A stretch of DNA of 64,000 nt, taken from positions 1,856,001 through 1,920,000 of the forward strand of contig OY969811.1 of assembly GCA_963703315.1 (NCBI GenBank), in the 5' to 3' direction. The position numbers and the translations under genes are program-made. The notes under the pieces are model-generated. The model worked only from the letters and a program-made list of their open reading frames with translations. It was not told the origin of the DNA and did not search any database. Source of the DNA: an uncultured cyanobacterium (lineage in GTDB: Bacteria; Cyanobacteriota; Cyanobacteriia; Pseudanabaenales; Pseudanabaenaceae). This document shows, in pieces, positions 51,367 to 61,097 of the stretch; positions within the stretch are counted from its first letter, which is position 1, and every line of letters starts with the position of its first letter.

Positions 51367-51493
51367 CTAAAATGTATTTACGCCCCATAGCATCGGGGTA
51401 TTTGTCCTCGTTGGTAAAATAAAACTGTAGTTAATTTAATACTTCATTCACAATTCCATTCACTTTTATGATAATCATTAGGAGTCCTAAACT

Positions 51494-51865
51494 ATGAATT
51501 CCGCTCAAGTTGCATCATTAGCTTTAGATATTTTACTCCAGATTTCGAGCAAGGTAGGGGATGGTGCATTTAAAAAAATTGGTGATCAACTTGTTTCTGT
51601 TCTTGAGAATAAACTTAGAAGAAAGCTTTTCCCAGATCGTTTACAAAATAATCCTGAAATACTAAAAGAAGTTGAACAGTCTATTGCCCAAAAATGTAAC
51701 GAAGATGCTCAATTCTTAGAAAAGTTGAAGAATCTAGTGGAAGATTGGAATATTCAACAATCAAAATATGTCAGTCAAAACACCGAAAAAGGTGTGAATA
51801 TGGTTAATAATATTAGCAGTGGAGGCAAAGCTGTAGGTCAAGAGATTAATAACTACTTTCGTTAA
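51494..51865 (+). CDS. Small helical hypothetical protein; candidate first part of a frameshifted gene
   Basis: AGGAG RBS; 123 aa; ends TTT CGT TAA. Confidence 0.8.
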   Translation: MNSAQVASLALDILLQISSKVGDGAFKKIGDQLVSVLENKLRRKLFPDRLQNNPEILKEVEQSIAQKCNEDAQFLEKLKNLVEDWNIQQSKYVSQNTEKGVNMVNNISSGGKAVGQEINNYFR

Positions 51866-52757
51866 TCTTGGAGATACAGATTTAGAAGATACAGATTTAG
51901 AGCCATTGACACGATGGCAGAAAGTTACTACATACTTTAAAGCACTATCTTTTCTATCTTTAACACTTCTTCGATGGGCATTCTGGGGATGGAAGGCTGA
52001 CTACGCATTTCCTTTCTCTGCAATATCTGCATTAATATTTAGTTGTATCAATGGGGAACTTCCTAAGAATATAAATCGTTTACAAAGAAGGCTAAGAAAC
52101 AAGGAAATTATATTAACTAATCCTTCTCTGGAGCGTATTCAGAAACTTTACCGTCTCGAAAATCAAGGACTTGTATGCAAGGAAGTTATTGATATACTAG
52201 GATTAAATGGAGAAAAACTCGAAAAAATTGCATCAGTTCTTCAAGAATTAGATAACAAAACAAGAGAGATTCAACAGGAACTAGAACCTTATAAACCACA
52301 AAGATATAAAGATTTTTCTAAACTTCAAGATCGTTCATGGTCTTTTAATAAAAATCAAAATGATTATGTTGAGCTACAAAAGCTAACTAAAAAGCTTTCT
52401 AATGAGATGAAAGCTAGCAAAAATCCTGCTCAGATTTTAAAAGACGAGCGTAACACTTTCCTTGAAGACATTAGATCTAAAAAGATAATACTCTCAGCTT
52501 CAGGACTAAACCTCGCTTATCAATTTTTTAATTTAATTGCTAGTACAATTCCTGAAATAAGGTTTGATGGTAAATATCTAGGGAACCTTAAAGCAACAAA
52601 ATATCACTTTCATCCTCAATGTAGGGATTGGCAAAGTTTAGTTTATAGAGTCTTATATTGTGATGACAAGGAGATAATTGTTAGTAATACATCGCAAGAT
52701 TTCGAGGGCAAGCTTGGGTCTTGTTACTCTTGTCAAGGAAAAGGGAAAACAGAATAG
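51858..52757 (+). CDS. Membrane/coiled-coil protein with C-terminal Cys/His cluster; +1 frame continuation of previous ORF
   Basis: Frame open from 51837 with only a TTG at 51906 as early start; two hydrophobic segments; YLGN...YHFHPQC...CYSC. Confidence 0.7.
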   Translation, partial: FVNLGDTDLEDTDLEPLTRWQKVTTYFKALSFLSLTLLRWAFWGWKADYAFPFSAISALIFSCINGELPKNINRLQRRLRNKEIILTNPSLERIQKLYRLENQGLVCKEVIDILGLNGEKLEKIASVLQELDNKTREIQQELEPYKPQRYKDFSKLQDRSWSFNKNQNDYVELQKLTKKLSNEMKASKNPAQILKDERNTFLEDIRSKKIILSASGLNLAYQFFNLIASTIPEIRFDGKYLGNLKATKYHFHPQCRDWQSLVYRVLYCDDKEIIVSNTSQDFEGKLGSCYSCQGKGKTE

Positions 52758-52989
52758 TTGGTAGTAATAGATTTAAAGATTATGATTTAGTCTAAATAAC
52801 TTACTTAAAAAAATATAGGGATTTGTCATAACCAAATCGCAAAAACAGAAGGAAGACTTAAGAAATGAACATCATGTAGACAACCCCTTGATTGCCTAAA
52901 GCATCATATGGCAAAATATACATCCCAAATCAAACGCAAAATTAATGCGATTTTCAGGCTAAACAGTATACACTAAATTACTCTTACTT

Positions 52990-53072
52990 CGTCCGACTAG
53001 TTTGCACACTCAAATATGCAACTAGCAGAATGCAAAAAACAAGTTTTTCCCGTCATAGGCGCACGAGGCTAA
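52990..53072. repeat. Diverged direct repeat C, copy 1
   Basis: cgtccgactagttt.ca.act.aaatat...aaaaa.caag..tt.ccc.tcat.g..gca.ga.gcta; partner 53752-53822. Confidence 0.75.
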
Positions 53073-53086
53073 GATTTGCTAGGAAT

Positions 53087-53443
53087 TTAACTCGACGCTC
53101 TAGCAAAGCGTACCTGTTGCTCTGTAACTACCACGAAATTATTTGGTAACTGCTCAATATAAGCATCTAATAATCGCTGTAAAGCATTGATCTTGTTAGC
53201 ATTGCGCTCATCATCCAGTCTCAGCAAAACAACACCCCGATGTAGTTTTCTCTCCCAATAAACTTTCTCACCAAAATCCTTATCGCAAGTGATTAAAATC
53301 CAACTTTCATCAATAGCTTTTTGAAGAATAGTGTCATCATCAGTACCCCTCGCCTCTTCATAAACTGAGAAAACCTCATGATTCCGCTCTCTTAACCAAC
53401 GCGCTACCACAACACCAGTATTTTCATCAACTAAAAATCTCAC
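53087..53443 (-). CDS. DUF5615 PIN-like toxin
   Basis: MRFLVDEN, DDDTIL..A..E..ILITCDKDFGE. Confidence 0.9.
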   Translation of the reverse strand: MRFLVDENTGVVVARWLRERNHEVFSVYEEARGTDDDTILQKAIDESWILITCDKDFGEKVYWERKLHRGVVLLRLDDERNANKINALQRLLDAYIEQLPNNFVVVTEQQVRFARASS

Positions 53444-53689
53444 CTAAGCAATCTCCGCTAGAGGCATAAAACTAGCGCTCTCCAAGGTGCGAGAGGCAAA
53501 TAGTAAACAAGCTCTTATATCTGCTTCAACTAGTCCCTCATATTCTTCTAAAATCTCGCCAACAGTTGCACCATGAGCAAGCAAATTTAAAATATACTCA
53601 ACAGTTAATCTTGTCCCTTTGATAACTGGCTTTCCAGTCATAACACTAGGACTTGTAGAGATACGAGACAGCAAATTCTTTTCTTTCAT
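53444..53689 (-). CDS. DUF433 antitoxin
   Basis: P.VMTGKPVIKGTRLTVE.IL..LA.G....EILEEY. Confidence 0.92.
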   Translation of the reverse strand: MKEKNLLSRISTSPSVMTGKPVIKGTRLTVEYILNLLAHGATVGEILEEYEGLVEADIRACLLFASRTLESASFMPLAEIA

Positions 53690-53751
53690 GTTCTTTAAAC
53701 ATTTAGTTTAAATAATCATAATTATTCTAACAGTAGCCTAATATTAATCGC

Positions 53752-53822
53752 CGTCCGACTAGTTTACAAACTTAAATATCCATAAAAAGCAAGGCTTACC
53801 CCTCATTGATGCAAGATGCTAG
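53752..53822. repeat. Diverged direct repeat C, copy 2
   Basis: See 52990-53072. Confidence 0.75.
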
Positions 53823-53979
53823 CATGACAATAATTCAGCCTTAGCAAGGCTGATGCTCATGACAGTACAAATTTCTGAATCCCTTACTGTCAGTGAATCA
53901 GATTCTAACGTGTGATCCCCATATCTCAAAGCGATTGGTAAGCAAGGAAAAATATTTGCTTCATCTTTTTGATTCTTTC

Positions 53980-54020
53980 ACAAACCAATTAGCATCATGC
54001 GCTACATATTAAAAGATCGC
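53980..54020. repeat. Direct repeat D, copy 2
   Basis: 38/41 identical to 49430-49470. Confidence 0.9.
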
Positions 54021-54029
54021 TGCTACTAG

Positions 54030-54287
54030 CTACTGGTAAACATCTCTACGGTGACCAATTTTAAGCACCAAAACCAGTAGTTGACTATCCTGAATAGAGT
54101 AGATGATGCGATAGTTCCCAACCCGAATGCGCTAGAGGCTATCTTCGCCTATCAGCTTGACCACACCATCAGGACGTGGAACATCAGCTAAAGCATCGAT
54201 CTTTATTTTTATCCTTTGCTGCTCTTCAGTGGACAGAGATTTTAGCTGTTTGGCAGCTTGCTTCACAAACTCAATGCGATACGTCAT
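54030..54287 (-). pseudogene. RelE/StbE-family toxin with in-frame TAG at codon 52
   Basis: MTYRIEFVKQAAKQL...PRPDGVVKLIGEDSL*RIRVGNYRIIYSI....VLVLKIGHRRDVYQ; stop at 54132-54134. Confidence 0.9.
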
Positions 54288-54556
54288 AGCCCAATTTCAG
54301 CCTTTAGACTTTCCCAAGAGATAGTACCTTCAGAATCAATAGATGCTAGAGCCGCTTTAGCATCTGCGATATCCTCAAGATCCTCATCAGCTTCATAGCT
54401 AACAGCATCTATATTCAAATCATCTTGAGAATGTTTTGCCCTCACAAACAAAAGAAAATCCAACACTTCGCTTAGCACATAATCTGAAGTTTGTTCGATT
54501 TCTTGGATTAGCGATCGCCTAACATCGCTTTGAGTAGAAGTTTCTGTGGTTAACAT
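54284..54556 (-). CDS. Antitoxin of the RelE pair
   Basis: EVLDFLLF, EDLEDIADAKAAL...GTISWESLKAEIGL; ATGA overlap. Confidence 0.82.
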   Translation of the reverse strand: MLTTETSTQSDVRRSLIQEIEQTSDYVLSEVLDFLLFVRAKHSQDDLNIDAVSYEADEDLEDIADAKAALASIDSEGTISWESLKAEIGL

Positions 54557-54616
54557 GGCTGCACATCTCTGATATATCTAACCATTTACATCTTAACACC
54601 TCTCAAAAGCGCATAA

Positions 54617-55111
54617 CTACTTGCCTTTGATTACCTTCTCCAATCTATGAGCCTTACCTTTTGCATCCCTTAATAGCTCACTCCAATTATCTGGAGGATT
54701 ACCACTTGCAAGCATCTTTTGGAAAACTCGATATGCGTCTGTGCTGCTTTCATAGGCGCGTTTGGTATTTTCATCATTCACCCAGACAAAGACAATAATT
54801 TTACTCTCTAAGTGATATCTAAAAACCAATCGATATTGCTGAAAAAACTTTGCTCTGAACCAGTGTTTATAAGCATCTCCAAGAGTAGAACCCTGTCGAT
54901 ATTCACTGCGAGTAGGATCTTGGGGAATTACTTCAAAGGCTAATTTAGCGATCGCCGCTAAACGTTTGGCAGCATTTTTCTTTTGATAATCCTGCGGATA
55001 CTTCTGACGTAAAGTTTCAACTTGGGTTAGCAGATCTTCTAATTGATCGAGAAAGAGCGAATGGGCAAATATGTTCCATCCATTGATTACTAACGGCTCA
55101 GTGACGGACAA
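54617..55111 (-). CDS. yhaV: YhaV family toxin
   Basis: INGW..FAH.LF, IPQDPTR.EYRQG.TLG..YKHWFRAKFFQQYRL, WVNDE.TKRAY. Confidence 0.92.
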   Translation of the reverse strand: MSVTEPLVINGWNIFAHSLFLDQLEDLLTQVETLRQKYPQDYQKKNAAKRLAAIAKLAFEVIPQDPTRSEYRQGSTLGDAYKHWFRAKFFQQYRLVFRYHLESKIIVFVWVNDENTKRAYESSTDAYRVFQKMLASGNPPDNWSELLRDAKGKAHRLEKVIKGK

Positions 55112-55113
55112 AA

Positions 55114-55440
55114 TTATTCATCCTCATCAGCAAGTGGTGCATCAAGATCAATCACAACTTCCGAAACTAGGGAATGCACTCGACTTAACAAATCAGAGCT
55201 AATTGCTTGTATATTTTGGGGATTTTCAGCAATGTCTTGGGCAAGAAAATTGAGGAATTTGGCAATTATCGGGTCATTCTGCTCAACCCGCGAAATTAAC
55301 ACACTGCCGTCAGGTTGGATTGTGTAGCAAATTTTATCGCGTTTACTCAAGCCAAGTGCTTTGCGAATTGGTTCGGGAACTGTGGTTTGATAGCGATCAG
55401 TTAAAGTTGATTCTGCGTAGGGAGCTAAGATTGTGAACAT
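55114..55440 (-). CDS. prlF: PrlF (SohA) family antitoxin
   Basis: ESTLTDRYQTTVPE.IR.AL.L.KRDKI.Y, DP.I..FL.FLA.DI, DLDAPL. Confidence 0.92.
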   Translation of the reverse strand: MFTILAPYAESTLTDRYQTTVPEPIRKALGLSKRDKICYTIQPDGSVLISRVEQNDPIIAKFLNFLAQDIAENPQNIQAISSDLLSRVHSLVSEVVIDLDAPLADEDE

Positions 55441-55601
55441 AGCGACCTCGAAAAATTAAGTATACTTGTAGCAAAAAAGACTACAGTTTGTATCATTAAA
55501 GTAATGCAAATGCATTGTCTCTGTCAAGCCTAAGCTTAATAACCGCAAATTCTATATCTACAAGATTTTTCCCTATCAAAAGCCAACTAGGAGACTATGG
55601 G

Positions 55602-56033
55602 ATGACAGTATCAACTGAAAACCGACAAAAAGCAATTCAGCTAGTTGAGCAACTTCCCGAAGAATCTCTAACTGAAGTGATTGATTTGCTTAACAATTTA
55701 CATCAACGGACTAGTCAAGCTAATCCCTTGCCATCAGATAATTCTGAAGAGAAATTATTACAAGTCATTCATCGAAAAATCTCGCGGGAAGATCAAGATA
55801 GGCTCGATTACTTACGTCAACTCAATGAGGGCGGTGACGATATGACAGCAGCAGAATATCAAGAACTGTTAGATTTTGTGTCTCGTATTGAAAAGGATGA
55901 TGCAGAAAGAGTATCAGCAATTTTTCAATTAGCCCAAATCCGTAAAGTCGATCCACTGAGCTTAATTACCCAGTTTGCGCCACAAAAACGAGGCGATCGT
56001 GCCATCTTTAAGACGTTTACTAATTTTGGCTAA
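55602..56033 (+). CDS. Antitoxin-like hypothetical protein, no partner downstream
   Basis: AGGAG RBS; QLPEESL.EV, EEKLLQ.I, EYQELL...IE..DAERV.A...LAQIR. Confidence 0.7.
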   Translation: MTVSTENRQKAIQLVEQLPEESLTEVIDLLNNLHQRTSQANPLPSDNSEEKLLQVIHRKISREDQDRLDYLRQLNEGGDDMTAAEYQELLDFVSRIEKDDAERVSAIFQLAQIRKVDPLSLITQFAPQKRGDRAIFKTFTNFG

Positions 56034-56071
56034 CCTTCATCCACCAATTTTGTAATTTTTCGATAGGTAGA

Positions 56072-56106
56072 CAATTAGCATCATGCGCTACACATTGCAC
56101 GATCGC
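56072..56106. repeat. Direct repeat D, copy 3, upstream of carB
   Basis: caattagcatcatgcgctaca identical (21 bp), ends in cgatcgc. Confidence 0.85.
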
Positions 56107-56155
56107 CATGACGCTATAAAATGTAGTGCGAGTTACCTACGAAATACAAGATAAT

Positions 56156-59100
56156 ATGCCCCGCCGTAACGACATCCAAAAGATTTTGCTGATTGGCGCT
56201 GGTCCGATCGTGATCGGTCAAGCCTGTGAATTTGACTACTCAGGAACCCAAGCCTGTAAAGTTTTACGGGACGAGGGCTACTATGTGATCCTAGTTAACT
56301 CCAATCCTGCGACGATCATGACTGATCCCGCTACTGCCGATCGCACTTATATTGAGCCGATTACGCCCGAAGTGGTTGCCCAGATTATCGAGAAAGAGCG
56401 TCCTGATGCGATCCTGCCGACGATGGGCGGACAAACAGCACTGAATACGGCGGTGTCCCTCGCAAAAATGGGTGTATTGGAGAAATATGGCGTGGAGCTA
56501 ATCGGCGCAAAACTGGAAGCGATCGAGATGGCGGAGGATCGCAAGCTATTCAAAGAGGCGATGGAACGGATCGGCGTTGCCATGTGTCCATCAGGCTTGG
56601 GGACAACGATGGAAGAGTCCCGTGCGATCGCCCATGAAATTGGTACTTATCCCCTAATTATTCGTCCAGCCTTTACGATGGGCGGCACTGGTGGCGGCAT
56701 CGCCTACAACCAAGAGGAATTTGAAGAAATTTGTGCCTCTGGTCTGGAGGCTAGTCCTGTATCGCAAATCCTGATCGAGCGATCGCTGATTGGCTGGAAG
56801 GAGTACGAGCTAGAGGTGATGCGCGACTTAGCCGATAACGTGGTGATTATTTGCAGCATCGAAAATATTGATCCGATGGGTATCCATACGGGGGACTCGA
56901 TTACGGTGGCTCCTGCTCAAACCCTCACGGACAAAGAATATCAGCGCTTGCGTGATTATTCGATCAAGATTATTCGTGAAATCGGCGTAGAGACAGGCGG
57001 CTCAAATATCCAGTTCTCGATTAATCCCGAAAATGGCGAAGTGGTCGTCATTGAAATGAATCCCCGTGTATCGCGTAGTTCGGCTTTAGCATCGAAAGCC
57101 ACAGGCTTCCCGATCGCTAAGTTTGCCGCGAAACTTGCTGTGGGCTATACCCTTGATGAAATTTCCAACGACATCACCAAGAAAACTCCTGCCAGTTTTG
57201 AGCCGACTATTGATTATGTGGTAACGAAAATCCCTCGCTTTGCCTTCGAGAAATTTCCGGGATCTGAGCCAGTTCTCACCACGCAGATGAAATCGGTCGG
57301 TGAAGCAATGGCGATCGGGCGGACTTTTCAAGAGTCATTCCAAAAGGCATTGCGATCGCTTGAAGTTGGTCGCTTTGGCTTTGGTGGCGATCGCGAAGAA
57401 ACCTTACCCGATCTCGATAAAATCAAATACAGTTTGCGCGTACCGAACCCTGATCGCGTTTTCTCGATTCGTGATGGATTTTTGTCAGGTTTGTCAGTGC
57501 AAGCCATTTTTGAATTAACCAATATTGATCCTTGGTTCTTACAAAAAATGCGTGAAATTACAGATGTAGAACTTTCGCTCAAAGGTCGCAAGCTTGATAG
57601 CGTTCTCAAGGAAGAGATGCTCGAAACAAAACGTATGGGCTTTAGCGATCGCCAGATTGCTTACCTCACAGGCACAAATGAAGATGCTGTGCGTACCTAT
57701 CGCAAATCCCTTGGTATCATTCCCTCCTACAAAACCGTTGATACCTGCGCGGCTGAGTTTGAAGCGCTCACTCCCTATCACTATTCCACCTACGAAGAAG
57801 AATCAGAGATTTTACCTTCCACTAAGCGCAAGGTGATGATTCTTGGTGGTGGACCAAACCGCATTGGGCAGGGGATTGAATTTGACTATTGTTGTTGTCA
57901 TGCCAGCTATGCTTTACGGGCGGCTGGTTTTGAGACGATCATGGTTAACTCCAATCCTGAAACCGTTTCTACTGATTACGACACTAGCGATCGCCTCTAT
58001 TTCGAGCCATTGACTCGCGAAGATGTCTTGAACATCATCGAAGCGGAACAGCCTGAAGGTGTGATTATTCAATTTGGTGGACAGACTCCCCTCAAACTTT
58101 CTGTGCCTTTATTGCGATATCTCGAAGAGAATAACTCCACTACCAAAATTTGGGGAACTTCACCCGATTCCATTGATATTGCTGAAGATCGTGAACGCTT
58201 TGAAGCAATCTGTCAACAATTGGGAATCTTGCAGCCAAACAACGGCTTAGCGCGTTCTGAAGAAGAGGCAGTGGTAATCGCCCAACGGGTAGGCTATCCT
58301 GTGGTCGTGCGTCCTAGCTACGTTCTCGGTGGTCGTGGCATGGAAGTCGTTTATTCCGATGCTGAACTCGAAGATTATATGCGTCGGGCGATCATCATTG
58401 AGCCAGAACATCCTGTATTAATCGATCATTTCCTCGAAGGCGCGATCGAAGTTGATGTGGATGCGATCGCCGATCAACAGGGCAATGTTACCATTGGCGG
58501 CATTATGGAACATATCGAAGAAGCAGGTATTCACTCAGGCGATTCCGCTTGTTCGATTCCCACTTTCTCTTTACCCGCCGAAGTTCTCACGACGATTCGC
58601 ACATGGACAATTAGCCTTGCCAAAGCGCTAAATGTAATTGGTTTGATGAATATTCAGTACGCCGTCCAGTTGAATAACAATAATCCCAAAGAGAGCAAAG
58701 TCTTCATCCTTGAAGCCAATCCCCGCGCATCACGTACTGTACCTTATGTCAGCAAAGCAATTAACGTTCCCCTCGTTAACTATGCCTCACGCATCATGTC
58801 AGGTGCTACCCTTGCCGAACTTGGTTTAACAGAAGAGGTAATTCCCAAACATATCTCAATTAAGGAAGCTGTACTTCCCTTTGCGAAGTTTGCAGGAACC
58901 GATACGATTTTGGGACCTGAGATGCGATCAACTGGCGAAGTTATGGGCATTGATACTGAATTCGGTCGTGCCTTTGCTAAGGCTCAAATTGCCGCAGGAA
59001 CTCATCTTCCATTAGAAGGAACTGTATTTGTCTCGGTCAACGATCGCGATAAGAGCGGCATTTCCACCATAGCCGAAGCCTTTATTGAACTTGGCTTTAA

Positions 59101-59407
59101 GGTTGTGGCAACGGAAGGAACTCACAAGATCCTGCGCCGTAACAGCATTGACTCGAAGCAAGTTCTCAAGGTTCATGAAGGTCGTCCGAATATTAGTGAC
59201 GTGATGAAAAATGGTCAAATTCAATTGATCATTAATTCTCCTAGTGGCGAAGAAGCCAAGGTTGATGGCAAGATGATTCGCCGCACGGCACTGGCTTATA
59301 AGATCCCTGTAATTACCACCCTCGCTGGTGCTAAGGCAGCGATCGCCGCCATTCGTTCTTTACAAACTGACTCAATTTCTGTCACAGCACTGCAAGATTA
59401 CGCTTAG
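56156..59407 (+). CDS. carB: Carbamoyl-phosphate synthase large subunit
   Basis: [58 protein letters not shown] domain. Confidence 0.99.
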   Translation: MPRRNDIQKILLIGAGPIVIGQACEFDYSGTQACKVLRDEGYYVILVNSNPATIMTDPATADRTYIEPITPEVVAQIIEKERPDAILPTMGGQTALNTAVSLAKMGVLEKYGVELIGAKLEAIEMAEDRKLFKEAMERIGVAMCPSGLGTTMEESRAIAHEIGTYPLIIRPAFTMGGTGGGIAYNQEEFEEICASGLEASPVSQILIERSLIGWKEYELEVMRDLADNVVIICSIENIDPMGIHTGDSITVAPAQTLTDKEYQRLRDYSIKIIREIGVETGGSNIQFSINPENGEVVVIEMNPRVSRSSALASKATGFPIAKFAAKLAVGYTLDEISNDITKKTPASFEPTIDYVVTKIPRFAFEKFPGSEPVLTTQMKSVGEAMAIGRTFQESFQKALRSLEVGRFGFGGDREETLPDLDKIKYSLRVPNPDRVFSIRDGFLSGLSVQAIFELTNIDPWFLQKMREITDVELSLKGRKLDSVLKEEMLETKRMGFSDRQIAYLTGTNEDAVRTYRKSLGIIPSYKTVDTCAAEFEALTPYHYSTYEEESEILPSTKRKVMILGGGPNRIGQGIEFDYCCCHASYALRAAGFETIMVNSNPETVSTDYDTSDRLYFEPLTREDVLNIIEAEQPEGVIIQFGGQTPLKLSVPLLRYLEENNSTTKIWGTSPDSIDIAEDRERFEAICQQLGILQPNNGLARSEEEAVVIAQRVGYPVVVRPSYVLGGRGMEVVYSDAELEDYMRRAIIIEPEHPVLIDHFLEGAIEVDVDAIADQQGNVTIGGIMEHIEEAGIHSGDSACSIPTFSLPAEVLTTIRTWTISLAKALNVIGLMNIQYAVQLNNNNPKESKVFILEANPRASRTVPYVSKAINVPLVNYASRIMSGATLAELGLTEEVIPKHISIKEAVLPFAKFAGTDTILGPEMRSTGEVMGIDTEFGRAFAKAQIAAGTHLPLEGTVFVSVNDRDKSGISTIAEAFIELGFKVVATEGTHKILRRNSIDSKQVLKVHEGRPNISDVMKNGQIQLIINSPSGEEAKVDGKMIRRTALAYKIPVITTLAGAKAAIAAIRSLQTDSISVTALQDYA

Positions 59408-59410
59408 CAT

Positions 59411-59457
59411 TCGCATAATTCATAAGATGGTCGGCGACCATCTTATGAATTATGCGA
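59411..59457. terminator. Near-perfect 23-bp palindrome between convergent carB and NurA-like genes
   Basis: tcgcataattcataagatggtcg-g-cgaccatcttatgaattatgcga. Confidence 0.8.
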
Positions 59458-60634
59458 TACTACTCCGCTTGCGAGATTCTTTATAGGAAGTCGTCACATT
59501 GCGTAACCCCGACTTCACCATTTGCTGTTCTAAAATTGCAAAAAAGCGGCGGCGATCGCTGCCTGTGACGACTGCCTGATTATGTGCCTCCGCCAATGCC
59601 ACAGGATAGCCATAGCCTTTCTGTACCTGTGCCAAAATAATTTGTAAAGCCTGCGATCGCAGATTCACATCTAAAGCCGTCCATGCGGGCATCTCAATTC
59701 GCGCAATCTCTGTACCAACATGGAGATAGCAAAAATAAATCTGATGTTCACCATATTCTTGCAGAATCCGCGCCCGACTTTTCCAAAGAGGACTACATTC
59801 TCCTACCTTCAGTAAGCGATGCCATAATGTGCCATCTCGCAATGGTTGCAGTTGACTGCAAGGTGCGGAGTCTAGAGGTTTATCTGCACAATAGGTATGA
59901 CAATCTGGCTGCTCAAAAGGACAGAGTTGTAACCGCAAAAAATTAGTAGCTTCCGCAGCACGGGGCGCACTAATATATCCTGCGAGGGGAATTCTCTGTA
60001 CCTTCAATTCATCCCATGCCGCAAGAATATCTGGTAAAAGTTGCGATCGCGCCTCGGCAGGAATTTCATCTAATTCCCAATGTACTAAGCCGCCATCACT
60101 AAAGGCGAGCATGGGATGTGTTGAATTGGGAAGTGTTTCTATAGCTAAATTCGCTAATGTTACATTCTCCGCAACTGTGCGCTTAAGTGACATCCATTGT
60201 TCCGTCTGAATACCCCATTGACGTGCTTTATACAGATCTTCCGTTTTATAAAATACTTCGGGAACGTTATCGAGTAATGGATAAATCCCAGAATTGTAGT
60301 AAATCGCGACTCTGCCGATATTAATGAGATAGCAATAGGCAATTTCATGGCGACTAGGGGCAATTTGTGAACCATCCGTTGCTAGCACTATATGGGGAAG
60401 ACTCATGGGCGCGATCGCTTGAATTTGCGTTAAGGGTTCCGCAGGTTCCGCACAATTAAAAATTAAGTGATCATGGCATTGGGCAATTTGTTGCTGAAGA
60501 TTAGCTTGATTTACAATCGCTTGATGAAATAGTGTTTCTGCGCGATCGAGTTTGACTGTCAATTGCTGCGCCTCTCTTTGCAATTGTTCAGACATCCCTT
60601 GCATCTGTCCCATCAATTTCTGTAAGTCCAGCAT
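59450..60634 (-). CDS. NurA-domain nuclease
   Basis: ATDGSQI.P..HE, DG.L, GYPVALAEAHNQAVV. Confidence 0.88.
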   Translation of the reverse strand: MLDLQKLMGQMQGMSEQLQREAQQLTVKLDRAETLFHQAIVNQANLQQQIAQCHDHLIFNCAEPAEPLTQIQAIAPMSLPHIVLATDGSQIAPSRHEIAYCYLINIGRVAIYYNSGIYPLLDNVPEVFYKTEDLYKARQWGIQTEQWMSLKRTVAENVTLANLAIETLPNSTHPMLAFSDGGLVHWELDEIPAEARSQLLPDILAAWDELKVQRIPLAGYISAPRAAEATNFLRLQLCPFEQPDCHTYCADKPLDSAPCSQLQPLRDGTLWHRLLKVGECSPLWKSRARILQEYGEHQIYFCYLHVGTEIARIEMPAWTALDVNLRSQALQIILAQVQKGYGYPVALAEAHNQAVVTGSDRRRFFAILEQQMVKSGLRNVTTSYKESRKRSSIA

Positions 60635-60644
60635 GGTCGTCCCT

Positions 60645-60734
60645 ATACAGGCTGTTGAGGCTTATTTTTGAAAGTGCGGCTCTGCCGCACTTTCAAAAAT
60701 TTCTTTGGTTTTTAATCTAGCGCAAAGCGCTGTA
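60645..60734. repeat. cag...gcgcaaagcgctg family MITE
   Basis: TA-flanked; atttttgaaagtgcggc/gccgcactttcaaaaat stem. Confidence 0.75.
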
Positions 60735-60749
60735 TATGTATATATGTTA

Positions 60750-60895
60750 GGACTTACGCAACAGCCCTGTAATAAATTACGGGCTAAAAGCTTAAACCCG
60801 TTGAAACGGGTTGATCATAGGAGTGTTTTAGTCTGCTTTAGCTGACTTTAGCTTTCAGCCAAGAACTTGAGTTCTTGGTTAGTTTGCGTAAGTCC
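60750..60895. mobile_element. 146-bp MITE sharing IS701-type TIRs
   Basis: TA-GGACTTACGCAA...TTGCGTAAGTCC-TA; four short internal palindromes. Confidence 0.88.
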
Positions 60896-60909
60896 TATAT
60901 GTGTTTAGC

Positions 60910-60966
60910 TATAGCAAAAAAAACAAAAGAGAGTCGCGGCGCAACTCTCTTTGCGCCCAGCTACTT
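60910..60966. repeat. Hybrid MITE remnant
   Basis: tatagcaaaa left end, cagctactt right end, aaagagagt/actctcttt stem. Confidence 0.6.
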
Positions 60967-61097
60967 TATGTGCAGATATTTGCATGGCTTTTTCCAAGTT
61001 ATAGGCTGATCGCAAAATTGGCTATAGTGGCTATAGATATATACTGTGAGTTAAACCTTAGTTTTCACTCTCGTAAATAGCAGCCAACTTTTTCCCC

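Noticed and set aside
54132..54134. Programmed amber readthrough in relE
   Set aside because: One substitution from a Tyr codon explains it; other toxins nearby are also broken
19674..59946. Many 60-150-aa ORFs overlapping acs, dxs, fbaA, purT, sppA, carB and others
   Set aside because: Antisense or alternate-frame shadows of well-supported genes with no motifs
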